Virus record (IMG/VR): IMGVR_UViG_3300043409_001275
Span: 6,129 to 70,128 of that record
DNA length: 64,000 nucleotides
Direction: 5' to 3' (one strand)
Source: a virus
In this document: positions 1 through 10,000 of the stretch, piece by piece
Numbering within the stretch: the stretch's first letter is position 1
Layout: every line of letters starts with the position of its first letter
The notes under the pieces: generated by a model
The model's input: only the letters and a program-made list of their open reading frames with translations
Databases searched by the model: none
Told to the model about the DNA's origin: nothing
Translations under genes and position numbers: made by a program

Positions 1-22
1 TGCCTTTCAATCAAAATTTTTT

Positions 23-220
23 ATGAAAAACTCAAATGTCAAAGACGAGATTCTTCTCTATCTCGAACAGGAAGAACGACCATTAGCTTGGCTTTCAAGA
101 AAAACAGAAATACCATATCCAACACTTTATTCAATTTTTATACAAAGGATAATGAACCTTTCTGATAAAAATTTAGCTACAATTAACAAAGTATTAGACA
201 CTGATTTTATTAACGATTAA
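23..220 (+). CDS. Cro/Xre-like HTH transcriptional regulator
   Basis: 65 aa with HTH-like pattern LAWLSRKTEIPYPTLYS; lies directly upstream of the replication initiator. Confidence 0.65.
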   Translation: MKNSNVKDEILLYLEQEERPLAWLSRKTEIPYPTLYSIFIQRIMNLSDKNLATINKVLDTDFIND

Positions 221-230
221 TTACAAAAAG

Positions 231-941
231 ATGGCTAAAAGATTTACTGACACTGAAAAGTGGAAGAAGCCCTTTATAAGGGGCTTACAAGGTGCTTATA
301 AGCTCCTTTGGTTATATATCTGTGATGACTGTGACCATGCAGGTATTTGGCAAGTTGATATGGAAGTTGCTGCAATAAGAATTGGTGAAAAAATAGATAT
401 AAAAGAAGCAATTAAAAGTTTTGATGAAAAAATTATAATTATTGATAAAGGCAATAAGTGGTTTATACCATCTTTTTTAGAATTTCAGTACCCATCTGGT
501 TTAAATTCAGACAATAGAGCGCACAACTCTGTAATCATATTGCTTGAAAAATATAATTTAAGAATATCTAAAGATAAGCCCCTTATAAGCCCCTCGGAAG
601 GGTCTATGGATATGGATATGGATAAGGATATGGATAAGGATATGGATAAGGATATGGTTAAAGCAGAAAAAAAAGTAAAATTTAAAGAAAATATTTTATT
701 GACACAAAAAGAGCATTTACAGCTTGTTACAGAATTTGGTGAAAAGCATGTAACTGATTTTTATGAATATTTGTCAGCCTATAAAATAGAAAAGTCTTAT
801 AAAACAAAATCAGATTACTTAACTATCAAGAGATGGGTTGTAGATGCTATTTTAAAGCAAAATAAGACAGCTTCTCCAAAGATTGGTAATAAGTATCAGA
901 ACGAATTAGAAACCGCTAGAAACGCCTTTAAACCAATATAA
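231..941 (+). CDS. Phage replication initiator / replisome organizer (lambda O/DnaD-like architecture)
   Basis: N-terminal MAKRFTDTEKWKKPFIRGL...KLLWLYICDDCDHAGIW, low-complexity DKDM linker, C-terminal YKTKSDYLTIKRW; next gene is the primase-helicase. Confidence 0.7.
   Translation: MAKRFTDTEKWKKPFIRGLQGAYKLLWLYICDDCDHAGIWQVDMEVAAIRIGEKIDIKEAIKSFDEKIIIIDKGNKWFIPSFLEFQYPSGLNSDNRAHNSVIILLEKYNLRISKDKPLISPSEGSMDMDMDKDMDKDMDKDMVKAEKKVKFKENILLTQKEHLQLVTEFGEKHVTDFYEYLSAYKIEKSYKTKSDYLTIKRWVVDAILKQNKTASPKIGNKYQNELETARNAFKPI
267..298. repeat. Iteron-like array 1 (two tandem 11-mers plus an inverted half-site)
   Basis: TAAGGGGCTTA at 277-287 and CAAGGTGCTTA at 288-298, preceded by inverted AAGCCCTTTA at 267-276. 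Confidence 0.55.
575..606. repeat. Iteron-like array 2, inverted relative to array 1
   Basis: TAAGCCCCTTA at 575-585 (exact reverse complement of 277-287), TAAGCCCCTCG at 586-596, then inverted GAAGGGTCTA. Confidence 0.55.
606..657 (+). repeat. Hexamer/12-mer tandem repeat (ATGGAT/AAGGAT) encoding MDMDMDKDMDKDMDKDM
   Basis: Visible directly in the sequence. Confidence 0.9.
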
Positions 942-944
942 ACG

Positions 945-2804
945 ATGATTACCATTTTTAAGAACATTTTTTCCAAGGAACCAAATTACATTTCTGTTGA
1001 AGCTGCGTTAAAAAGAATACAGCAGGGTAAAAGTAAAACAACCGTAGAGGAAATTAGAAAAACGATTGATAAGGAGAAAGCAAATAAGATAAAATTAAAC
1101 CTTCCGTCTATTTGCTTTAGTGGAAAATTTGGAGCAGATAGAACTGATGCCCAATTAATTCAACATAGTGGTTTTGTTGTGCTTGATTTTGACAATATCT
1201 TTGAATTAAGGGAAAAGCAAACCGAAATAATATCAAATCCGTTTGTTTATGCTTGTTGGATTAGTCCTTCTGGAAATGGATTGAAGGCATTGGTAAAAAT
1301 AGCCAATGGGGCAAAGCATAGAGAACATTTTCAAGCTTTACAAGAAGTTTTCCCAGAAATTGATAAAAGCGGTATCAATGTAAGTCGGGTTTGTTACGAG
1401 AGTTATGATACCGAAATTTACATAAACGAAAATGCTGAAGTATTTAAGAAAATTAAGAAAACAGAGAAGGTTGTCGTTTATGAAAAGAATGATGATGACG
1501 AAAAGATTTTTAAAAATATCGTTACTTGGCTTTCAAATAAAAACGAGGCTTTTGTAACAGGGGAAAGAAATAATTTTATTTTTAAATTAGCATCCGCTTG
1601 TTGCCGTTTTGGTATTAATGAAATGACCGCTAATTCAATGATTCATAGCGAGTTTTTAACTAATTCAGAGTTTACAAAAAACGAAGCTAATAGGGCAATC
1701 CGTTCAGCATATAAAGCTAATTCGGGTAATTTTGGTAGCGCATCTTTTGACAAAGAAATCTTGGTAGATAAGGTTTCAAGAAGGGAAGTTGAAGTTGAAA
1801 AAGCAGTATTTGATGAAGGGTTAAAGTTGAAAGATGTTATTTACGGAATTGATGTAAAAGAGCAGGCGTTAAAAATTTATGATGAAGGATATGCTAGGGT
1901 TGATGGTATTGGAGTTCCCGAATTAGATGAAAGATTTAAACCAAAGAGAGGGGAGATTACCGTACTTACAGGAATAGGGAACTATGGTAAATCTTCATTT
2001 AAAAAGTGGTATCAAGCTATGAGGATAATGTTGTACGGAGAGAAGTTTGCTACATTCTCGCCAGAGGATAATCCACCTGAAGAATACTACCACGACTTTG
2101 TTGAGATTATATTGGGATGCGATTGTAGTCCTGCAAATCCACATAGACCAAGCAAGCAAGTATATGAGTATGTTTATGACTTGGTTTGTCATCATGTATT
2201 TTATGTTTATCCAAAGGATGTATCACCTACGCCACAATACATAATGGAAGTATTTTTAGAATTGATTGTTAAGGAGAATGTTGATGGGGTTGATATTGAC
2301 CCGTTTAACCAATTAACAAATGAATATCAAAAGTTTCAAAGAAGTGATAAATATTTAGAGTGGGTATTGTCAGTGTTTTCAAGATTCTCTCAAATAAACA
2401 ATATTTTCTTTTGGATAATTGCGCATCCAACAAAAATGCAAAAAGCAGCAGATGGAAACTATCCATGTCCCGATGTATTTGATTTAACTGATGGAGCTAT
2501 GTGGAATAATAAAATGGATAATATCCTTGTGTATCATAGACCTTTTGCTCAAACAGACCCTCAAAATCCGTCTTGTGAATTTCATAGTAAAAAAATAAGA
2601 AGGCAAAAGATTGTTGGTAAAAAAGGTTTTATTTTGTTTCAAATGTTTTTTCAAACTAGAAGATTTTTATTTAATGGATTGGATTCGTTGCAGAAGATTA
2701 TAAACGATAAAAATATAATTTTAAGACCAGATGCCGCGGTGCAAAAGACATTTGATAATTGGGTTCCCTATAAAGATGACAATGGAGAAGATGTAAATTT
2801 TTAA
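945..2804 (+). CDS. Primase-helicase fusion (BT4734/VirE-N AEP-like primase, PriCT, SF4 helicase)
   Basis: KLNLPSICFSG, VVLDFD and ISPSGNGLK primase motifs; GERNNFIFKLA PriCT motif; Walker A TGIGNYGKS; IDPFNQL and IIAHPTK SF4 motifs. Confidence 0.85.
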   Translation: MITIFKNIFSKEPNYISVEAALKRIQQGKSKTTVEEIRKTIDKEKANKIKLNLPSICFSGKFGADRTDAQLIQHSGFVVLDFDNIFELREKQTEIISNPFVYACWISPSGNGLKALVKIANGAKHREHFQALQEVFPEIDKSGINVSRVCYESYDTEIYINENAEVFKKIKKTEKVVVYEKNDDDEKIFKNIVTWLSNKNEAFVTGERNNFIFKLASACCRFGINEMTANSMIHSEFLTNSEFTKNEANRAIRSAYKANSGNFGSASFDKEILVDKVSRREVEVEKAVFDEGLKLKDVIYGIDVKEQALKIYDEGYARVDGIGVPELDERFKPKRGEITVLTGIGNYGKSSFKKWYQAMRIMLYGEKFATFSPEDNPPEEYYHDFVEIILGCDCSPANPHRPSKQVYEYVYDLVCHHVFYVYPKDVSPTPQYIMEVFLELIVKENVDGVDIDPFNQLTNEYQKFQRSDKYLEWVLSVFSRFSQINNIFFWIIAHPTKMQKAADGNYPCPDVFDLTDGAMWNNKMDNILVYHRPFAQTDPQNPSCEFHSKKIRRQKIVGKKGFILFQMFFQTRRFLFNGLDSLQKIINDKNIILRPDAAVQKTFDNWVPYKDDNGEDVNF

Positions 2805-2821
2805 TATAAAAAACAAAAACA

Positions 2822-3163
2822 ATGATTAGAATTTCTGTAATCGGAAGATTAGGACAAGACGCAGTCGTAAACAATGTCAATGGTAAAAATGTAATTAATT
2901 TCTCTGTAGCTTACAGCGAAAAGTTTAAAAACCAACAAGGAGAAGATACCGAAAGAACAACTTGGGTTTCTTGCGCTTATTGGACTGAAAAGCTTAATGT
3001 GTCAAACTATTTAAAGAAAGGTACATTGGTTTATACGGAGGGAAAGCCAGAAGCAAAGTCTTATCAAAACACCAAGACAAATGAAACCGTTCCTCAATTA
3101 CATTGTAGAGTATCAACAATACAATTATTATCAAGTAGTAATAAAGAAGAAAACAATTTTTAA
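2822..3163 (+). CDS. ssb: Single-stranded DNA-binding protein
   Basis: IGRLGQDA...FSVA...TTWVSC...YLKKGTLVYTEG OB-fold signature. Confidence 0.92.
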   Translation: MIRISVIGRLGQDAVVNNVNGKNVINFSVAYSEKFKNQQGEDTERTTWVSCAYWTEKLNVSNYLKKGTLVYTEGKPEAKSYQNTKTNETVPQLHCRVSTIQLLSSSNKEENNF

Positions 3164-3408
3164 TGTATATTCACGAATTAAACAACCCAATAGATGTCGA
3201 AACTCCACTTGGATACGGAAAAGCAATTGCATGGATTGACTACGGAAGTGACACAAACACTGTTTGGAAAGTCATACTATACCACAACGGCATGGTGCGG
3301 AACTTTTACGACGACGACATACTCGTGCATCCAAATAAAATGGACGGCGGCGAATTAGATAAAGATTATTTTAAAAACAAAACTAAAAAAAATGACACAT
3401 TTATTTAA
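3163..3408 (+). CDS. Hypothetical phage protein
   Basis: ORF coupled to ssb by a TAATG overlap. Confidence 0.6.
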   Translation: MYIHELNNPIDVETPLGYGKAIAWIDYGSDTNTVWKVILYHNGMVRNFYDDDILVHPNKMDGGELDKDYFKNKTKKNDTFI

Positions 3409-3631
3409 CTTTTCAAAAGAGTATTTTGAATCAATTAAAAATGGAGAAAAAAATTTCATTTTAACAAAAAGAGATAGACCTTACAAAAATGGTGACGAAA
3501 TAGTCGTTCAGGAAACTGACGAAGGTTTCGGTTTGACATCAGATGAGTTGAGGTTTAAAATTACTTTAATTGAAAATGGTGAAGGATTAAAGTCAAATTA
3601 TTGTATTATTGCAATTAAACTTTTAAATTAA
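3392..3631 (+). CDS. ASCH/PUA-like (DUF3850-type) protein
   Basis: YFESIKNGEKNF...DRPYKNGDEIVVQE motif. Confidence 0.7.
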   Translation: MTHLFNFSKEYFESIKNGEKNFILTKRDRPYKNGDEIVVQETDEGFGLTSDELRFKITLIENGEGLKSNYCIIAIKLLN

Positions 3632-3636
3632 AAAAA

Positions 3637-3756
3637 ATGGCAAAACTTGCGTCTTCAAGTAAAATTACATTTGGTAAAGCAAAAACAGGCAGAGCTAAAA
3701 AATCTTACAATAAACACAGTCAAAGACCAAAAGCGTATCGAGGTCAAGGGCGCTAA
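3637..3756 (+). CDS. Small basic protein, 39 aa (MAKLASSSKITFGKAKTGRAKKSYNKHSQRPKAYRGQGR); not in the ORF track
   Basis: ATG after an A-run, stop TAA at 3754-3756; K/R-rich, ends in the YRGQGR motif seen in small phage proteins. Confidence 0.7.
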   Translation: MAKLASSSKITFGKAKTGRAKKSYNKHSQRPKAYRGQGR

Positions 3757-3787
3757 TTATATTAAAAACACAAAAATTAAATTAAAA

Positions 3788-4048
3788 ATGAAATTTAAAC
3801 CATTAAACAAAAGGGTATTAGTAAAACTTGACGAAGCAAAAATGCAAACAGATGCGGGAATTTATCTTCCGCAAACGGCTCAAAATGATTTTTCAACAGG
3901 CAAAGTAATTGCTGTTGGAACTGAAGCTGCGCTTGTAAAAGAAGGCGATAGAATAATGTTTGCCCATAGTGTAGGGGTAGATATTGAGGTTGACGGAGAG
4001 AAGTTAAGATTAATTCCAGACGAGAGCTATATTGACGCTGTAATTTAA
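3788..4048 (+). CDS. groES: Co-chaperonin GroES (start corrected to 3788)
   Basis: MKFKPLNKRVLVK...TDAGIYLP...GKVIAVG...VKEGDRIMF. Confidence 0.9.
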   Translation: MKFKPLNKRVLVKLDEAKMQTDAGIYLPQTAQNDFSTGKVIAVGTEAALVKEGDRIMFAHSVGVDIEVDGEKLRLIPDESYIDAVI

Positions 4049-4054
4049 TTTAAA

Positions 4055-4090
4055 AAAGTGCCTTCAAAATTTTTGGGGGCATTTTAATTT
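4055..4090 (+). terminator. Probable intrinsic terminator after groES
   Basis: Stem AAAGTGCCTTCAAA / TTTGGGGGCATTTT (with G-U pairs) followed by T-rich sequence. Confidence 0.6.
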
Positions 4091-4115
4091 TTAATAAATA
4101 AAAAAGTCTAATTTT

Positions 4116-4964
4116 ATGCCATATATGCAAGCACAACCGGTAAATCATATTTTTTTAAGCTTAACAAAACCTATTCAAGATACAATTAAAGTAGGTGATT
4201 TAGAGTTATATCTTGACGGGTCATATAGACCTGAATGGAACGCTACGGTAGTAGGTGAAATTTATGGATTGCCAAAAAATCCAAAAGGAGATAATTCTAA
4301 AGTTGTTTCTAAACTTAAAAATGGAGATAAGGTTTTATTTGATTATTCCGTAGTCGCAGAAAGGAAATTTGAATCAGATGGCGGAAGTTTTACGGAAATA
4401 ACAAAAGATAGTCCTTATTATCAAAAGTTTACAAATGGCAAAGGAGAGAGATTGCTTATTGTAGCGATGCCGGGGAAGATAACTCATATTTGGGTAGGTA
4501 CATTGCATGATAAAAGAGGTAATTTTGTTGACGGATGTCAAGGGTCTGAACATGATTTAAGTAGATGGAAGTCTCAATTTAGTTTTGGAGAAACGCAAAA
4601 GTTTTTATTTAAAAACTTAATTGACATAAACGATAACGATGTTTGGAAAGCTGACTACAGGGATATTTATGCTAAAATAGTTAAGGATGAACTTATAACA
4701 GTTGGGGATAGAGTTATTTTAGAACCAATTGATGAAAGCATACCAAAAGATGTAATTAAGCAAATGGGTATTGTTGATACTATTGAGGCAAAAGTTAGAC
4801 TTGGTGATAGAGCAAGAGTATTGTCAGCGCCAGATGATTCTAAATTAAAAAAAGGAGATATTATTGGGTTTGAACCACAATATCTTGAGAAATACGAATA
4901 CGGAGATAAATCTTATTATTTAATAAAATCCCATAGAGCATTGGGAATTTGGGAGGAAAATTAA
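4116..4964 (+). CDS. Protein with two GroES-like domains
   Basis: N-terminal QPVNHIFL...GEIYGLP...LKNGDKVLF; C-terminal VGDRVILEP...ARVLSAP..LKKGDIIGF...YEYGDKSYYLIK. Confidence 0.55.
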   Translation: MPYMQAQPVNHIFLSLTKPIQDTIKVGDLELYLDGSYRPEWNATVVGEIYGLPKNPKGDNSKVVSKLKNGDKVLFDYSVVAERKFESDGGSFTEITKDSPYYQKFTNGKGERLLIVAMPGKITHIWVGTLHDKRGNFVDGCQGSEHDLSRWKSQFSFGETQKFLFKNLIDINDNDVWKADYRDIYAKIVKDELITVGDRVILEPIDESIPKDVIKQMGIVDTIEAKVRLGDRARVLSAPDDSKLKKGDIIGFEPQYLEKYEYGDKSYYLIKSHRALGIWEEN

Positions 4965-4965
4965 C

Positions 4966-5607
4966 ATGGCATACAACTTAAACGAAATATACAACTTCAT
5001 GGTCTTTATTGTGCGTAAAGAAAGAGGTGTATTTGTTACAATACCGGAATTTGAGTCAACACTTGATAACGCACAAATAGAAGCTGTATCAGATTGGTTT
5101 GAGCAGTACGGCGCAACGCAAAAGATTCATGACGCAATTAGAAAGCTTCGTTCACAAGTTCAATTTACTTCTGCGTCAGACGGACAGGTTAATTTTGCTT
5201 CTGATTATTTACATATGATTGGGGGCGCATATACCGTTACGGGTAGCAGTGTAAATCCAGTAAGATTTGTAAACGAAGACGAAACAGCTTTAGCTTTAAA
5301 GAGTCAATTAAGACCTGTAAGCACATCATTGCCAATAGCAAAGGATACAGCAACCGGATTTCAAATATACCCGCAAGTTGCTCAAACTGGTTTTTATAAT
5401 TACTTGAGAAGACCTTTGAAACCCGTATATGGTTACACGACCTCTGGAAGAACAATAAATTACGACAACGCTACAAGTACACAATTAGAATTTACGGATG
5501 TTTATATCAATAATATTATTTCAATAGCATTAAAATTTTGGGGCATCAATATGGCTGAACAAGACATACAGGCATTTGCACAAAATCAAACGCAAGAAAC
5601 TAAATAA
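4966..5607 (+). CDS. crAss-like tail ring / head-tail connector protein
   Basis: IYNFMVFIVRKERG..T..EF...LDNAQ and YLRRP.KP.YGY pattern; first of three similar-sized genes before the muzzle gene. Confidence 0.65.
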   Translation: MAYNLNEIYNFMVFIVRKERGVFVTIPEFESTLDNAQIEAVSDWFEQYGATQKIHDAIRKLRSQVQFTSASDGQVNFASDYLHMIGGAYTVTGSSVNPVRFVNEDETALALKSQLRPVSTSLPIAKDTATGFQIYPQVAQTGFYNYLRRPLKPVYGYTTSGRTINYDNATSTQLEFTDVYINNIISIALKFWGINMAEQDIQAFAQNQTQETK

Positions 5608-5609
5608 AA

Positions 5610-6251
5610 ATGGCTAATAGCACTAAATACCTTTTGGCTGAACAAGTACAAACCCGATTAGCCGGCGGATTCAGGGACGCAAGTCAACCTGTGCAAAATG
5701 TAGATATAGTTAAAGCAATAGAGCAAATTATCAACTCTATGTTTCAAATGCAGTATTACAATGCTACATTGCCAACAGGAGAAACTATCCCAGATAATTT
5801 AATGATAGCTTTTTATGAAAATATACCTGTAACAACTCTTGGTGACAAATCACAAGCCGAACTACCAATTATTCCAATTTCTTTACCAAGAAATATGGGT
5901 GTTTATAGGGTTACAGATAATAAAGATAATGATTTTATTCCTGTTCCATTGGGGCAAGGAGCATTATTGAGGGCTGATAAATTATTGAACGATTTGTTGG
6001 GAAATGTTTGGTTTGAAATAAGAAAAAACGTTGTTATTTTTTCAAAAGATATTTTATTGCTTGGTATTGATACGGTAAATATGTATTTGATTGTAATGGA
6101 TATATCATTGTATTCAAACACTGACCCATTGCCAATACCTGCAAGTATGGAAGAGGAAATTGTAGAGAAAGCGTTTGCTAAATTTGCTACAGTCATTCCT
6201 GAAACGGGCATAGTTAACAATTATAGTTCAGCATCACAAAAAATTAATTAG
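5610..6251 (+). CDS. crAss-like tail ring protein
   Basis: Size and position; ELP.IPISLPRNMGV and DPLPIPASMEEEIV motifs. Confidence 0.55.
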   Translation: MANSTKYLLAEQVQTRLAGGFRDASQPVQNVDIVKAIEQIINSMFQMQYYNATLPTGETIPDNLMIAFYENIPVTTLGDKSQAELPIIPISLPRNMGVYRVTDNKDNDFIPVPLGQGALLRADKLLNDLLGNVWFEIRKNVVIFSKDILLLGIDTVNMYLIVMDISLYSNTDPLPIPASMEEEIVEKAFAKFATVIPETGIVNNYSSASQKIN

Positions 6252-6253
6252 AA

Positions 6254-7048
6254 ATGACTACAGCAAGTTTAGATTATATAGTTAAAAATTTTCTTTTAAA
6301 AAAAGGATACCCATTGCATTGGTATATGCAATTTATGGTTTACGCATCAGATTGTCTTCGTGATATAACATTTGACGATTTGCGTGTCATAAATACAAAA
6401 ATACTTCCGGTAAATCAGGCTATCAATACAGCAGAATTACCTGAAGATTATCAGGATTATGTTAATGTTAGCGTTATGGTAGGGCAAAGAATACGACCAT
6501 TAGTGCCTACTTTAACATTAAACCCATTAACAAGTTTAGATACAAATAGTAACTTTAACCCACAGGATTGGACAGATAATTTAACGCCTCCGGATTCAAA
6601 TAACGGACAAGCTCAACTATATTATGGCGCATTGCCTTATGCTCAATGGTTTACAGTCCACTATAATGATTTTGGTGAAAATATTGGTAGGTTTTTTGGT
6701 TTAGGTGCGGGGTATCAAGAAGATACTTTTCAAATTTTTAAAGAAAGAAATCAAATCCAAATAGACCAAAAATTATATGTTGAAAATGTGGTATTACAAT
6801 ATATTTCAGATGGTCAGTCAGCAGATGCTGCAACATTGGTAGACCCATATGCAATAAAAACAATTCAAGCGTACATTGATTCTCAATTGAAGGCTCATAA
6901 TAGAAATTACAATATGGGTGAAAAACAATTAGCTCAAAACGAATACATTCGTGAAAGAAAGATATTGAGAGCAAGAAAAGCTGATTGGAGTGTTGAAAAA
7001 ATTAAGAGAATTGTCCAAAAGAATACAATGGCAGCGCCTAAATCATAA
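6254..7048 (+). CDS. crAss-like tail tubular/ring protein (P22 gp4-like role)
   Basis: ELPEDYQDYVNVS and VVLQYISDG motifs; position before the muzzle gene. Confidence 0.65.
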   Translation: MTTASLDYIVKNFLLKKGYPLHWYMQFMVYASDCLRDITFDDLRVINTKILPVNQAINTAELPEDYQDYVNVSVMVGQRIRPLVPTLTLNPLTSLDTNSNFNPQDWTDNLTPPDSNNGQAQLYYGALPYAQWFTVHYNDFGENIGRFFGLGAGYQEDTFQIFKERNQIQIDQKLYVENVVLQYISDGQSADAATLVDPYAIKTIQAYIDSQLKAHNRNYNMGEKQLAQNEYIRERKILRARKADWSVEKIKRIVQKNTMAAPKS

Positions 7049-7053
7049 TAGAA

Positions 7054-10000
7054 ATGTTAAGAAGCAAAAAATTATTTACTGGCGGAACAAATCAAGATGA
7101 CTCATTGCATTTATTGGATGATGCTCAATACTTAAGGCTAATGAACGGGCGTGTTGGGGTTACCCAATATGGTAAAAATTATCGTGTAGAAGGTGTACCC
7201 GGAACTACCTCTATAACGCAATCAGTATATCCTCCTTATGGAACAAATATATGTATAGGAAGCTGTGTAGATATTGAAGGTCAAAGATTAATTTGGTTTG
7301 TATATAATACATTTGACGACCACGGAATTTATGCATTTGATTTTACAACATCTACAACATATGCTGTATTGTACGATAGTCAAGTTGCAGGGGGGTTAAA
7401 TTTCAATAAGAATAATAGAATTGATAAAAATTGCAAGGTTAATCAAGGTTTACTTTATTGGACAGATAATTACAATGAACCTAAAAAGATTAATATTGAT
7501 AGTGGTATAAAATTAAATTACCCATCATACAATACTGATGCTAGGGCTTATACAAGCTTAACTGACTCTTATGAGATTATGTTAATAAGAAGACCTCCGG
7601 CATATGCTCCTGCAATAGTAAAACAATACGACAATCAATTTATAAATAATTTTATAGCAAATCGTTCTTGGTTATTTGTGTGGCAATATATTTATTTTGA
7701 TGGGGAAGAAAGTGTACTTGGAGAATATTCTGTCGCTTCTATGTTGAATTTAGTTGAATTAGGTGAGCAAGAATTGTATAATCACATATATTGTACTTTA
7801 AATTTATTAGAAAAAATACCACAAACTGCAAGAATTATTAGACTTGTTGCTAAAGATGAACTTACTAATTCAGCAAATGTAATTAAGACATTTGACAAAT
7901 TAATAGACGAGCAGCCATTTATAGCTCATAATAACGGAACGACACAGCTTTCTTTTGATTATTATGGAGATGTAACAGGAGCAGTTATCCCTAGCTCAAT
8001 TTCTTCTAAACCATTTGACAGCGTTCCTTTACTTTCGACTACGATAGAAAGCGCATCTAATAGAATGTTTTTAGCTAATAATTTATCCGGTTATGATACT
8101 CCAACGACAACTTCATTGGCTGTTTCACAAACAACAGCAATAGCCGGTGCTAATAAAAGATTCTTTAAAAGTGAATCATCTTATCAATTAGGTCTTGCGT
8201 TTTATGATAAAGCAAGAAGAAAATGCGGTGTTGTAACAAAAGGTAGTAATATTACTACCACCCCACCTAAAGTATTTACTCCAAATAGTAATTTTAATGT
8301 AATTCCTATAATAGCAAATTATGATTTTGCTGTTGATAATAACTTTGAATTTGAAGTTGTGCAATTGGGTAATTTTACTGCTAGCGGAGGCGCTGCGGGA
8401 AATGGTACTTCATTTGTTGCGACATCTGCTTTTACCGCCGATATATATGTAAATATAATTGGCAGTGTAACAGCATTAACGCCGGGATTTACGGTATTTA
8501 GAATAAGAATACTTAAAAATTATTCTACAGTAATTGCAGAGGAATTTATTGATACTGCATCGATGGGTTTACCATATTATTTTAATTCTACTTTAACTTT
8601 AAACGATTATGGTATAATACTTGGCGATGTATTTGAAGTTCAATTTATAAGTGCGGGTATTTGCGAATTGGAATGTTATGGTGGCTCTCCTTTTACAATA
8701 GCATCATCTGATACCGCCTCAAATAATGTATTAACATTAGATTGGACATTAAGTAATGCTAATAGATTAAATGAAATACCAGATTGGGCTTATTATTATT
8801 CTATTTTAAGAACTAATAACTTAAGAACAAGATATTTTATAGATTCATATAGTAGCACTAATAAATATGCATCTAAAAATGTGACAGTTACATCCCCTAA
8901 TTTTGCTACTTATACTTATTCTCCTACTTGGAATGCCGTTACCACTAACGCAATTGCAATAGATACAACTATATTATTACAATCAGGGTTGGGGTACAAT
9001 TATACAGAAGGGGATATATGCGTGCTTATTGATAGTAACGATACTAGATACGAAATACCGGTTATAGGTCAAGATGGAGCTTATATTTTATTAAAATCAG
9101 AGTATTTGGTATCAGATTTAACTAATATTCCCTACATATATGAAATATATACACCATACATAAAGGGAGAGAATGAACCTTTTTACGAAGTTGGAAACAT
9201 GTATCCGGTAACAAATGCGGGGACAGTTAATAGGCAGTATTCTGCATTGTCAGGTAGCTTAATAGGCGATGTTTTTGTATTTCAAAGACAATTTAATTCT
9301 ACTGTATATTATTACGTAGAAGCCATGTCCCCAAATGACCTTTTTTTTAGAAATTGGTTTACCGACCAAGGCTTTGCTAATTTTGTTATTTTATTAGGGC
9401 AAAATAGAAATGAACACGAAATTAGATATTCTAATGTGTTTACAGCCGGAACTCAAAATAATGGATTAAGTACATTTGAGGCTTTAAATTTTAAAACAAT
9501 TCCATTGGGTACAGGTAGCATACAAAAGTTGCAATTAGCTTCAAAAACAACAGAACAAGGTGTTGTAATGTTATCTATTGGCTCTTTTCAAACTGCATCA
9601 TGCTACTTGGGTGAAGTTCAATTGGTTGGTTCCTCTTCTAATTCATCTTTAGTTCAAGATACTGCTGTAATAGGTACGGTTAATGTGTTAAAAGGAATGT
9701 TTGGAACTACCGCTCCAGAAACGGTAGTTGAATATTTGGGTGTAATATTTTGGTATGATTTAAATAATGGAACTATTGTTCAGTATAGCTCAAATGGATT
9801 ATTTCCAGTAAGCTCTTATAAGCAAGAAAAATTGTTTAAGAATTATGCAAAAGGGTATTTAGCAGCAAGTGAGGGTAATTTAGATAATATCAATGGATTT
9901 CATCATATACCAACATACGTTGACCCTTATCACAAAGAACTTGGTGTAACATTGCCGGGATTGATTTATGAAAATTATGCTGATACATTGCCTAGTTATT

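Noticed and set aside
606-657. CRISPR-like array
   Set aside because: Short coding tandem repeat without spacers; no CRISPR array or cas gene seen in the window
3647-3787. N-terminal extension of GroES in the ORF track
   Set aside because: Non-ATG upstream start overlapping the 3637-3756 microprotein; GroES homology begins at 3788
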